A DNA stretch of 60,248 nucleotides from Chiloscyllium plagiosum. Taxonomy: Eukaryota. The notes under the pieces were generated by a model. It saw only the letters and a program-made list of their open reading frames with translations, made no database searches and had not been told where the DNA came from. Below are positions 11,771 to 24,600 of this stretch, one piece after another (the stretch's first letter is position 1; every line of letters starts with the position of its first letter). The DNA is taken from positions 44,954,083-45,014,330 of the forward strand of contig NC_057718.1 of assembly GCF_004010195.1 (NCBI RefSeq). Reading direction: 5' to 3'. The position numbers and the translations under genes were made by a program.

Positions 11771-11820
11771 TCCCTACCAGAACATTCTGCTGACTTGTGG
11801 AGTCAACTTGCCTTTCAATT
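11771..11820 (+). CDS. Host gene exon B (S-PYQNILLTCGVNLPFN-L), phase 2->1
   Basis: gttaac...ttcattttgtttatttag| acceptor and |gtatgt donor; 50 nt in unique AT-rich flanks. Confidence 0.65.
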
Positions 11821-12657
11821 GTATGTAAATTACAAACCATGCACGTTTCCTTTCATATATTAATCAAAATCTATAATCAATTGTTTTACTAATGGAGTGA
11901 AATATGAGTAGATTTTCAACAAAGTGTCTTTATTTCTTGTCTTTGTTTCTTGTCTTTGATACAACAGAAGTTGTTTTGCTGTCAACATTAGCTTTTACCA
12001 TATGTGATTATAACATTAGCATGGAGAATGCTATAAAAGTAATTTTAACTTGTTCGTGATAGAACCATGAAAGCTCAAATTCTTTGTTTGCTTTTAAATT
12101 AAACCACAGTGATTTCCTTTTTTAAAATTCCTATGTGGGACGTGGGTGTTGCTGCCTGGTCAACATTTCTTATCCATCTCAAGTTGCCTTTAAAAAGCAG
12201 TAGTGAGCTGCTTTCCTGAACCGCTGCAGTCCACATGCTGCATTGACACACAGTACCTAAATGGGGAGAGATTTCCAGGATTTTGATTGAGTGACAGTTA
12301 ATGCATGCTGGTGTATTTCCAATTCCGAATGGCCTGGAGAGCAACTGCAGGTGGAGGTGTTTCCGTGTATCTGCTGCCATTATCATTTTAGATAGAAATG
12401 GTCACAGGTTTGGAAGGTATTGTCTGAGGTTCTTTGGTGAATTTCTGCGTGCACCTTGTACACGCTGCTGCTACTAAACAAGAGTAGTGGAGGGAGTGGA
12501 TGTTTGTGGATGTGGTGCCAATCAAGTAGGCTGCTTTGTCCAGTATGCTGTCAAGCTTCTTGAGTGTTGTTGGAGCTGCATTCATCCAGGCAAGTGGAGA
12601 GTATTCCATCACACTCCTGACTTGACCCTTGTAGATGGACAGGCTTTGGGGAGGTAT

Positions 12658-13240
12658 TGCTATGGACCAGGCCAGACCCCCTCAAAATATTTTAAGAAGG
12701 TTGCCTAGACCCTAATGTTTTCTTATGTTAGAGGTAGATGTGAGTTAGATATTCCAGGTGTGATGCAGCTGGTCAGACCACTTGACTTTAAGTAAAACTG
12801 AATTTATTTTAATACTACAGTTGAAACATGAGCCAAAGAAAATGGAATTTAGAATAACTTAACGATTGGAAAATTTAAGCGACCCGATACAATAACTATT
12901 ACTAATTAACTGTTTCAATACAGTAACATCCCTTCAACACACCCCTTGGCAAAACGATAAATTCAAACGTTGATTATTACATGCAGGTGGGAACAACATC
13001 CAAAGAGATTTCAGAGGAAGGTCAGAGTAGTTCTTCACTGATCTTCGCAACTCCCTGGGCTCACACATCTTGTGACTGCAGCAGTTAAAACATACTTGAA
13101 AAAAGCTGAACTGGGTGAATTGGCCGCTCCCCTTCCATTCTTTAACTGTTAAACCCCCTCAACTCCTCAGCACCTCTGCATTTACAATCTCTCTCTACAA
13201 AACCCAAGGACAAAGTAACCTTGTTAAAGTGCATCATCAC
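12658..13240 (-). mobile_element. Solo LTR-like element (family starting TGTTATGGACCAGGCCAGACC)
   Basis: TG...CA ends (tgctatggaccagg...catcaca), inserted in a LINE. The same terminus occurs at 39221 and 47993. tttatt suggests minus orientation. Confidence 0.7.
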
Positions 13241-14261
13241 AGTTACTAGATACAGTATTCCTAGCTTCTGACCTTCTCTTGTAGCCATTGTGATAATGTG
13301 GTGAGTCCAGTTGAGTTGATAATCAATGATAATCCCTTGGATGTTTATAGTGGGGGATTCAGTGATGGTAACACCATTGAATGTTAACAAGTGCTGGTTA
13401 GTTTGTCTCTTACTGAAGACGATCATTGTTTGGCATTTGTGTGGCATGACTTTTATTTGTCATGTGTCAGCCCAAACCTGAATATTGTCCAGATCTTGTT
13501 GCATTTGAACATAGATTGCTTCAATATATGAGGAGTCATGAATGGTACTGAACATTGTCAAACAATGATTGCACATCACCACTTCTGACTTAATGATAAA
13601 GCAGCTGAAAATGATTGAGCCTAGGACACTCCCTGACGCGCTCTGGCAGAGATTTCCTGGAGTTGAGATGACTGAACTCCACCAACCAAAATCGTCTTCC
13701 TATGTAACAGGCACGACTCCAATCAGTCGAGAGTTTGCTTCTGATGCCTACTGATTCCAGTTTTGCTAGGGCTCCTTGATGCCTCACTTGGTCAAATGAC
13801 CTTGAGGTCAAAGGCTGTCACTCTCACCTGACCTCTGGAATTCAGCTCACTTGTTCATGTATGAACTAAGGCTGTAATGAGATCAGGAGCTGAGTGGCCC
13901 TGGAAGAATCCAGACTGGGCTTCACTGAGAAGTTTATGGCTGAGCAAGTGTGGCTTGATAGCACTGTTGCTGACACCTTCCATCACCTTATTGATGATTG
14001 AGAGTAAGCTGATGGGACGGTAATTAGCTGGGTTGGATTTATCCTGCTTTTTATGCAGAGGACAATTTTCCATTTTGCTAGGTAGATACTAGTATTGTAA
14101 CTTTATTGGAAGAGCATGGCTAGGGGAGCAGCAAGCTCTGGAGCACAAGTCTTCAGTACTATTGCCGGAATATTGTCAGGGTTCCCAACCTTTGCACTAT
14201 CCATTGCCTCCAAATGTTTTTTGATATCAGGTAGAGTAAATCAAGTTGGCTAAAGACTGAA

Positions 14262-14402
14262 GAAAAAAATCAAAAGAACTGCAGATGCTGAAAATCAGAA
14301 ACAAAAACAAAAATAGTTGGAAAAACTCAATAGGTCTGGCAGCATCTGCAGAGAGTTGATGTTTTGGATCCAGTGACCCTTCTTCAGAACTTCAGTGTTC
14401 TG
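14262..14402 (-). mobile_element. PLE terminal fragment nested in the LINE
   Basis: gaactgcagatgctg...ggtctggcagcatctg...gacccttcttcagaac; decayed hammerhead. Confidence 0.75.
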
Positions 14403-14667
14403 TTATGCCATCCTGCACTGTTCATTGCACAAGGGTTGATCCCCTGGCTTGATGGTAATGGTTGAGTGGGGGATTTGCCAGGACATGAGGTTGCAGATTA
14501 TAAAGGAGTACAATTCTGCTGCTGTTGATGGCTGACAGCACTTCATAACTGCCCAGTCTTGAGTTGCTAGATCTGTACAAAGTCTGACCCATTTAACATG
14601 GTGATAGTGCCACACAACACAATGGAAGGTATTCTCAATATGAAAGTGGGACTTGTCTCCACAAGGA

Positions 14668-14775
14668 GACAGCTGGCCTCATTCCTGATGAAGAGCTCTG
14701 GCCCAAAGCGTCGATTTTCCTGCTCCTTGGATGCTGCCTGACCTGCTGTGCTTTTCCAGCAACACACTCTCAACT
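14668..14775 (+). mobile_element. PLE terminal fragment with TSD
   Basis: cctgatgaag...gctgcctgacctgctgtgcttttccagc. TSD cttgtct(c/t)cacaagga at 14652-14667 and 14776-14791. Confidence 0.85.
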
Positions 14776-14997
14776 CTTGTCTTCACAAGGACTGTGTGTT
14801 AGTCACTCATACTGATACTGTTATGGGGAGGTCTGTCTGCAGCCATCAGATCGGAAAGAATGAAGTCAAGTATGCTTTTCCCTCTTATTGGTTCCCTTAT
14901 TAATTGCCATAGAACAAGCCTAGCAGCAATGTCCTTTCAGACCTGACCAGCTCGACCAGTAGTGCTGCTGCTGAGCCACTCTTGGTGGTGTACTCTG

Positions 14998-15600
14998 AAT
15001 GTAATTATCCTTTATAATGGACTCTAAAATCTTACCCATTATCAAGGTCAGACTAACCGGCCTGTAATTTCTTGTCTTCTGCCTCCCTCCCTTCTTAAGC
15101 AGGGCTATTACATTAGTATTCTCCAGTGATTCCTGAAAGATCGCCACCAATCTCCTCAGCTATCTCATTAAGAGCTCTGGTGTGTTATTGATCTGGTCGA
15201 TGTGATTTATCCACCTGCAATTATCAGACCTGTAAGCTTCTCCAACATCTTCTTCTTAGTGATGACCATTACACTCACCTCTGCCCCCAATTCTCTTGAA
15301 GTTGTGGTATGCTACTCTGATGACTGATGCAAAGTACCTATTTAATTCCCCAACATTTCTTTGTTCCACCTTGGCTCTTGTTAGCTGCTTACTATTTGCG
15401 TGCTGATAGATGATCTTTGGGTTTCCCTTTATATTGGCTACCATTCTGTTCTCACCTACTCTTTGCCAGGTTTATTTTACTCTTCACTTCACCCCTCAAC
15501 TAATCATGTTTGGCATGGTCCTCATTGAACAGTTTCCTGATGTGTATCACACACCTTTTGTGTTTAGTCATAATTTCTTTTTCGCTTGTCATCAAAGGCT
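14998..15600 (-). mobile_element. CR1 ORF2 fragments
   Basis: LLKKGGRQKTRNYRPVSLTLIMGKILESIIKD; ANIKGNPK. Confidence 0.8.
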
Positions 15601-16373
15601 GGTTTCCCGGCAGTTCATGGCAGTGTCTTGGCATGGTGTGTGAGTGGATCCTGCCCAGGCATGCTTCCGAGGCACTATGGAGATCGGAGAGGTGGCAGTT
15701 TCAACAGCAGCGATGGTATCTGTGGTTGTAGCAATGAGAACTGACAGCTGAGGTCTCCCCGGAGAACGAGATAAGCAGAGGACTCATCCAAGACTGTTGA
15801 ACTTTATTTTCCTAGTTTAAACTACAAAAGACTGTAATGTAAACTAATATCAGTTTCCTTATCTTTCTACTATTCTATGCCATAATGCTTAGTTGTTTAA
15901 CTCTCGTTTCTCTTGCTATTTTGTACCTAGGCTTTTTTTTGTACCTCGGTACCTAAGATGGCGCCATGTGTGGCAACATTATACACTTCTTACTGTGCTC
16001 CTGTACTTCTGTACTTGAGGACACATGACAATAAAGTATAAAACGTACATTCTTAATCTAAATCCAAAGGAGACCTGGTTTGGTTCCCCTCCATTTTGTT
16101 TTTGTTGAATGTCTCTAAGTTGTACCCAAAATCTCCCTGTATACATCACCCATCATTTCATTAATATTTTTTCTGTCACTCATCCAATTAAAGTTAGCAC
16201 TTTTCTAATTGGATATTCTGTTTTAAATTGTTTCTTGATCATCTCCATTAATAATCTTACAGCATGATGACCAATCTTATACAAATGCTCTCTCAGACAT
16301 TTGGTACAGATGAACAGTTTCATTCTCCCCCACCAGATCTAGCAATATTCCTTTCTCATTGGATCGAGAACAT

Positions 16374-16716
16374 GGGGCACCATGATGGCTGAGTGGTTAG
16401 CACTGCTGCCTCACAGCGCCAGTGACCTGGTTCGATTCCAGCTTCGAGCAACTGTATGTGTGGAGTTTGCACATTCTCCCCATGTCTGTATGGGTTTCCT
16501 CCAGGTGCTCTGGTTTACTCCCACAGTCCAAAGATGTGCAGTTTGAGTGAATTGGCCATGCTAAATAGCCCATAGTTGTCAGGGATATGTAGGTTAGATG
16601 CACTAGTCAGGGGTAAATGTACAGGGTATGGGATGGGCCTAGGTGGGTTACTCTTCAGAGGGCTTGTGTGGACTTTTGGGCCAAATGGCCTGTTTCCACA
16701 CTGTAGAGACTCTCTG
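16374..16716 (+). mobile_element. HE1-type V-SINE
   Basis: A/B boxes (tggctgagtgg, ggttcgattcc), V-domain, and ggcctgtttccacactgta tail. Confidence 0.9.
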
Positions 16717-18309
16717 ATACTAAACAGGGAAAGTTGTCCTGAATCCATTTCACAAATTAATCCCTTCTCTTTACCCTTCAACATTAGCCTAATTGACGTT
16801 TGAATAATGAAAGTCCCCATTATCAGTGCTCTACAGATCTTGCACATCTCTGTGATTTTCCCTGCTGATAATACTCTGGTACCTTTCTTCCATTTTTTAA
16901 AGAAACCTATGATACTTCTTTACAAAAGAGGGGTGAGAATGTGGGATTCACTACCATAGGGAATGATCAAAGCAAATAGCATAGACGCATTTATCAGAAT
17001 AAGGGAGTAGATGATTTATGATGTATTTAGGTGAAGAGAAATAGGAGGAATTGCAAACAAAGCTTAAACCTCATGCTGTAAGCTGCATCACATATAATCC
17101 TATGTTAGTTCATTGCTGGCATTAGGTGAGGTGATTATTTTGAGGGGCTGCTTTGGATCTGTGTCTTTTGTTTTATTATACATCTACGAAGTACCTTGGA
17201 ATTCAGTAATGCCACTTGACAATGCGAGATGTAAAAGAATGCAGGTATTCAAACACTATCGTGCCATTTAAAAACCCTAAATTATTTAACAAAATGTTTA
17301 ATTTTATAGACAAGGATCAGCAGAAAAGGGAGAGGCTAAGTGAAGCAGTGAAAAACCAGCAGAAGGAAGTTCTGCACTATCATTCAACATCTCAAATGAA
17401 CTACAGCTCTGTTTCCCCGGCAACAAGCAGAGTAAGTAGATTCTATTGTGGCTATCAAAAGGGAATTGGATCATTGCCTGAAGAGTAAAGATTTGCAGGC
17501 CTATGGAGAATAAACAGGAGTATAGAGTGAGCTATTTAGTTCAAATAGAAAGTCAGCATAGACACAACAGGCCTTCTTCTGTATTGTTACATTCTTTGAT
17601 TGTAATAAATAAATCAGATTTCCAACAGTTATTTAAAAAGTTCATGTAATTGGAGTACACACATTATGGATTTTGTCCATGTATCCTGAGAAACTTATGC
17701 TATTGCTTACTGATCCAAATGGTCACATGGATGCCATTAGTTAGCCATGGCTGGACTTTGTAAAATGCAACAGTGAAATTAATTCAGACATTAGTATTTT
17801 TTTGATGTTGTTCAGTCTCTGGGAAAAAAATAGTGCTGCATCAAACAGTTGTTAGCTGGATCCATGTGTGGACAGCAAATTAACTGACATTGCACACAAT
17901 ACAATGAAAGAAGGTACAGGTATAATAATTGAAGCAAGAGGTGATCTTTACTGAAATTGGAAATCCCGTCCCTATGACAGAGATTGGCTACATCAGAAGT
18001 TCATTTCATGTTATTTAGGTGAGCATTCATAATCCCTTGTATTAAAAGTCTCATAACTTAATTTTAAATGTACCCATGATATTAAAAACATTCACATGTT
18101 TCTGGTTCCCTTAAATTTCCCAAGAGGCAATAAAAATACATGTTTCCATTGTTTATTTGTAGAAATCTGTTGGTGCAACCAACCAAAAGACATAAATCAC
18201 CTTATATTTACTTCCATTGCACTCTATCATTCTGAGAATTCCACTGTGTCCAACAACTCAGTGCAACAACAGAGACAATAGTATTGGTAAAGTAAAATCA
18301 TAATAGTGT

Positions 18310-19220
18310 CTTGACAGTGATACAATATGGACTATCAATTTTTAACTTACATTATTCAATTTTAATAACTGACACTTTCATGGAATAAAATGGTTTTAAA
18401 AAGGACAAAACATTGACTTAAAATGGCCATGGAAATCACCTGACCACAAATTGAATCATGTTCAGGAAACCAATATGGAATAAGCAAAACTGTCTAAACT
18501 GAAATTACTACCTTATCTAAAGACAACAAAAACAGTCAGCTAAGTCGGGGTCAAGAAACTGCACCTCTTATTTTATTTTGCACTCGTATACCTGTTGGAC
18601 ATAGAAGGTTGCCTGCAATGCTCCAGCTCGAAAGGCAGTGAAAGGTTCGGGAACACACAAAACAATCATATGTCAGTAGCTGCCTGACAGGGAATTAGAT
18701 AAAGAGAAAAAAAAATGATGAGTTACAAGAAGAACAGGAACGTTATCTCTCTCTGTCTCTCTTCTCTCACCTCTTTGCATTGAGAGAACCAGCACTGGTG
18801 ATAAAGCAATTGGAGAAAACACTCATTTGCCAAGAGTTGAGGGATATTACAAATGTTGCCACTGATGAGGATATAAAACATCAACAATTCTGACAACTGA
18901 AGAACTCTAAGCAGTTTTAAACCACATAACCTTTATACTTCCTTTTGTCATAGACAACTCCCCATCCCACTACCCCACCTTTTAAAAAATTGGACCTTAG
19001 TGTCTGTATTGGTTGTATATTTAATTACTTTTCTTGGAATTAGTAGGTAATAAATTCAACTTTCTTTCACTCAAGTAAATCCTGTGATTGGCTCCTTCAT
19101 TTTGACCAACATTCCATTTTAATTGAAGTGTGATATAGAAAAAAATTAAATCTTACTTGCTGTCACCAAGGGGGATTAAAAAGAGGGGAGCCGATTCGTT
19201 CCTCCTCACTGGTCATAATA
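18310..19220 (+). mobile_element. Probable old solo LTR
   Basis: Non-coding, with AATAAA at about 19049 followed by cactcaag...attggctc, which is weakly shared with 29185-29230. Ends aaagaggggagcc...ggtcataata. Boundaries are approximate. Confidence 0.35.
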
Positions 19221-20759
19221 GCCTGTAACAAAAATTATTGAAATAATACTTACAGATGTTTCTAGAATTAATCTACTATTCATATTTATACCTATATATT
19301 TAAAAAAAAGAATGAGTTATATTTAGGTAACAACTTCCTCAAACCCAAAAAATTTCAAAGTGTTTAACAGCTGATGAAATATATCTGCAGCAATAGAGGG
19401 AGGTGCAGCAATAAATTTGGGGACAGATAAGTCTCACAAACAGTGATGTAATAATGACAAGCGAATGATGTTTAATTTGGCTTACCCCAGAATGTAGATA
19501 TCGGGTCACAGAGATGATAAACTTGCACCAATCCATTGTATTGCAAGCAGCTCAGGAAGCGCATTCTGCCTGTGGTGTTAAATGATTTCTTTGCACAGCC
19601 AACTGTACTGAGCGCTGAATTAGAAGTAATCATCAGTATTTGGCAGACATTTTTATTGGCTCGTGGTGCTGAAAGATTGCTTGTGTTGTGACTGCACACA
19701 AGGTGGGTTTCATTCAAAAACTAATTCCATGCCCTAGTACTTTGGGTCATGGCGAATCAAGGATTGCAGACACCACAATGGAGTTCATCTTCACCCAGAA
19801 GATTGTACCAGCTGTAACATAAGGTTCATCGACTGCTTAAGTCACTAGATACCAATCACACACCTACCAACAATCTCTAACAATCAGAACTCTACCCTAA
19901 CATTTATATGTTTTACTTTTCATGTATCCACACATATAGCAGTGACACAAATCTCATCTCAATACTCACAGCTAGTACACACCAATAACTGTTCAACCAT
20001 GAAAGTTATATCACCCAAACATTTAGCAGGACCCACATTTGCACAGCTTCCTCTTTCTCATAGAAAATTATGCTTAAAGCATGCGGATACAAAGAGCTGG
20101 AGGAGACCAAACATGTCTCCATGATGTAATATGTTTCAACACAAAGATTGGAGCTTTCTGACCACCTTGGGAAAAGGTATTGCTGAGTCTATTTTCATTG
20201 GCAGAGATATAGCCATTAATGATGAGGATATCTGCATACTTAATTGTCTCCTAGTATACTTTTCTATTATCCAATAATCTCTTTGGCTCACAAATTGCAC
20301 ATTATGTAAACCTGCACTTCTTACTTCCTCCTCTCCCCTCACTATTGCTAAACCCCTACTCCTGTTTCCTTTCGAATAACCAAGAGTTGGTGCTTCATGT
20401 TCATTGTGGGGAAAAAAAGAGACAATGAAGATATCAACTGAACAATTACAGCCACCAGTTCAGATCAAGGCAGGACCTTTGCACGGTGAAATATCAGACA
20501 TAAGTGTGCAGAAGCCTGGATGTAAATTTAAGAATAGCACAAGTCCTCCTTGCTGGATGGTAAATGCACACACTGGATCTGCTTCAGAGGACTCAAATAA
20601 GAAGTTCAGTGCACTAGACTATAGAAGAAGGCTGATAGTTGTACATAATCAAATATGTGGGGCACTAGAAAGCCTGAGAGAAAGCCAGCTCTCAGCTTCA
20701 AGAATCATAGTCAAGTTCAACACCAATTTGGCACAAAGCTCTGTGCAAAGCTTGGAACC

Positions 20760-21200
20760 CAATCTTTCCCACAAAGAAGTGGTGGCTAACTCCTTTGGCA
20801 TTGCTAAGTCCACTGTGACACTATGTCTGATGGCTAATGCTACAACTCTATTGCAGTGCAAACAGCTTTTATCAAAGGTCAGTTTGCTGCATTTGAAGCT
20901 TATGCAGCTGTCATCATTATCTGGATATAATTCTACAGAAGAGTTGTTCAGGACAGCAGAGTAGTCTTTCTCTCTATTCTACAAAAAAAAGTAGGATTGC
21001 TGGTATTGCCATACAGCTCCATAGATCACAAAAGTATAGTTCACTCTTACAGGATTAAGGCTTTAGGGTCCATCCCTTCTGCACTGCCAACAGCTTTGTT
21101 GTTACCTTTCAGCCAGCCAGTGAGATACTACAGCCAATGCTGAAATTATGCAGTCTGAAGCTAGGTGTTCTAGGCTTAAAGCTGTGCAAGGTTGTCCACC
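20760..21200 (+). mobile_element. Possible PIF/Harbinger transposase relic
   Basis: VVANSFGIAKSTV resembles the Harbinger transposase HTH (ANxFGvgKSTV). A decayed RLKA..C at about 21170 resembles FGRLKARWRCL. Confidence 0.35.
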
Positions 21201-21454
21201 CAAGTTCATCTGCAGTCACTTCAATTGGAGTTCGGCAATCTTCCATCTGCAACTGGAAAGGTACCTTGCAAGAGCATTAGCAGAGTCAAAGACTGCTAGA
21301 AGATAGTCAACAAGGGAAAGCAAAATGGTCATTACTACAATTTTGTATGCATTATGTTATGTTTGAGTTTATAAGTTTGAATTGGAATGTACATTTTCTG
21401 ATGGTTTGATCTTTATGTATTTTGAAAAGAGGACAATGTCTGAATCAAGTATGT

Positions 21455-21680
21455 TTTTATTCTTTGGTGTGATGTGGACATCAGTGGTAAGGTCAGCATT
21501 TGATGTCTATCCCTAATTACCCTTGAACTGAGTGTCTTGCTAAGCCATTTCAGGGAATGATAAAGAGTCCAAAACATTACTGTAGGTATGGAGCTACATT
21601 TACGCTAGACCAGATAACAACAGGCAGATTTCCTTTCCAAAAGGGTATTAGTGAACCAGATGGGTCATTGACACAAGGAT
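21455..21680 (-). mobile_element. Bipartite SINE-like derivative of CR1 family 2
   Basis: Reverse complement of 46540-46770 (gaaccagatggg, ggcagatttcct, atccctaatt.cccttgaactgagtg). Confidence 0.75.
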
Positions 21681-24600
21681 GATACTTTGGTTGAGTTGAA
21701 ATGGCATACTCCTTCCATTGTCCAATATAAGGAGGATACCCATATTCAATCAAGCTGTACTTGTGACACATAAAGCACAGTGTTCATCATCAGATCTGAT
21801 TCCACATTTGGACATTATTTGCTGGTTAATCCTGAGTGTTCAAAGAATTATATTAGCAAGTAATTAAGGATTTCCAGCTGACCTCACGGTGTGACACATT
21901 TTGTGCGTACTCAAAACATTAATATACAGGGGACTTACTCTTTGCAGACAGAAAGAATATGGTCATGCAATGTGTCTGTTTCAATTCACCAAAATAATTC
22001 ACAGCCATTAGCTGGTTCATTTGTCAGAGCAAGAGTTTGACTAATCAAAGTCATCAAGCCTTGTACAAAATTTAATCAAAACCTGGTTGTTAACTGTCAA
22101 TCATCATTAACTAGTGCATTGTGCAAGGCAGCACATTTAACAAGCAGAATCCACTTGCCAACCAGTCAGCATTTCTTATCATACAGTATACATGTTGACT
22201 TGCTGATTAAACTGCTTTTCTAGTGAATTGTCCTGGTGAATGTAAGACAAAAAGCTTCAACAAAATTTTTTTTTGGCAATATTCACATTCGGTATTACAA
22301 AATAACTAATCTGAAATTAGTTCAAATTGGTTGAACCCACCTACTGAAAAATCTCAAATTTATCTCTTACAGGAATATGGTTCAAATGTTTCATGTTCAA
22401 CAGAGATGTACTATAAGGCAATATTAGGACATTGTGTTAATAAATCACGCTTTATTGTACACAGTCAAACCAGACAATATATTCGGCAAAGAACCAAAGA
22501 CTATTTAAATAACAACCAAATGTCACATTCATGTTTATGAGTAATACAAGACAAACCTCAAAGCGGATCAAAAATCCAGCTCTTGGACAGGAAATCACTT
22601 ACTTCCTTGGGATAAAACACTTCCAAATGTTCACAGCATTAGAAAAAGTCTCTAACTACCTTTCAAAATTACTAAAACCTGGACAGACCAGTCCCTGGCT
22701 TATGTTCATCAGCTTTAGATCAATCAAAAGCTCTGGCACTGAGGTGTGCTATGCCTCACTGCCCTCAGTTAGCTGGAGAATGTCTATCCATGCACTGTAA
22801 TCCCTTATTTCATAGTCCCTTTGGACCAATTGCCCTCTTCCCTCATTTAAAAGTTATTAAAACTTAGCTTCCTAATAATGTGCTCATTAGTCCAGAAGGC
22901 CTGGGTTCAAGTCGTGTCTATTCCAGAATTGTATAATAACATCTCTGAACTGGATAATTAGAAAATACCTACACTGCCTTAAAAATAAGGCAATAAAGCA
23001 TTTTAGTCTGACTACTTTGCCTCTTGGAATAGAGATGTGTCTATGTTGCACACTGTAAAGGCAATGTTAGCTGATAAGTACCTGAGGTGACTGTTTCCCT
23101 TACATTCCAGAGCCTGTCTGCCTTTTACAGTGTAGATAAACTCCATTTTAAAATATAAACAGTTAGTAAGTTGTATTGTGAAAAAAGAATAAAACTACAG
23201 ATTTCACTAACTACTGGTTTATTGATTGATTTTTAGTCAATTACAATTACTTGAGGTGCTTTTTCTAATTAATCATTGGTTTCTGGATGATAACTACCTT
23301 TATCAGTATTCTAAGATTAAATGTGCTGTAATCAAAATAATTCTTATCTTAATACATAATGGCTTCTTTCCCTTGCTAGACTAGCAAAATACACTGATTT
23401 GTAAAAATAACCCTCTAGAAATGGCTAGATGAACTAAATTTTAAACTAAAATATAAAACACAAGGATTTCTTGTTGTTGATGACTGGGGAGATTTAGCAG
23501 TTATCATACATTATTTCATCAATCGACCTGAATAGACCAGGATTATCTACATTGCAGCCTCCATTCTATTTGCTCCACTTGCTGTTGAATTTGTTCTTCA
23601 TTCTCTACTCTTATTTCATGCTGTTTACGCCTCAGCTTGTCACCTCATAGATGGTCCTAAGGGTTTTCCCTCACAGTGCTTGATCGTGCAATGTGCAACA
23701 TCTTAGCAGAAGCACTGTTACTTTCTCAGCTTAGTACTGCAGGCCTGTTCCAGAGAGGTTCAGGTAGTAAAAGTATTGCATGGGACGGGGGAGTGGGTGA
23801 AGGTGGTGGCAGAGTAGGATGCTCCTATCGGAGCTCCTCTGTTCCGCCTGTTTTTGTTTCTTTCTTTTTTCCTTTCTTTCCTTTTTTTTCCTTCTCTCCC
23901 CTGGCATGGGTAGTCAGACCATGCGCAGAGACTCTGCACTGAGCTGCTAATTGTAATGTCTATTTGAAATTTCCTACCTCACTTAAAATCAAACCTTTAA
24001 TGATGTCTTATTTTTAACTTATTTTTCAACATATAGGCAATGCAACTACTTTTATTCCTCTGCTGTATCCATGAAGTGTACCTAGGTATTTGTACCTAAG
24101 TTGTCACCATAAGAAGGTCGACATTGTGAAAGCTTTTTGTTGTATTCCGACAATGGAGTACACATAACACTAAAAGGATATTGTATTATATATTGTTCAG
24201 GACACTGATGCTTTGTTCTATATTATTCCTGTAACACACCTGCTGTGCACGTGCACATGGGTTCATGACCAGAGTGTCAAGCCATATCATGAGTGGATAA
24301 ATAACCCTTGTGACTTTGTCATCAGCCTTTGATTTTCCATGCAGTTTCAAATACTGGTGGCATTGAGCTTTACTATTGAATGAAGAAACTGTGAATATTA
24401 TCAGGATAATGTGCATTCCTCTACATGATATTCTGTCTTAAATGATATATTGACTACATTTTCAGTGAATAGAATTTGATTTGGTTTATCAAAGTAGCTG
24501 CTTTCAGATGAAGTGCATGCAGTCAAAAGCAGCAAGATAGAATGAGATGAAACTGTCTACCTATATCAGGAGCCTCAATGATCTCTTATGTAACAATGTA

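Larger units (their letters stand above)
12118..14995 (-). mobile_element. CR1-clade LINE, second family (EN-RT relic), interrupted by an LTR and two PLE fragments
   Basis: Minus ORF fragments EYSPLAWMNAAPTTLKKLD, FDQVRHQGALAKLES, DKSNPANYRPISLLSII and HSTITIKPGDQP. 3' tail at 12120-12200. Confidence 0.88.
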
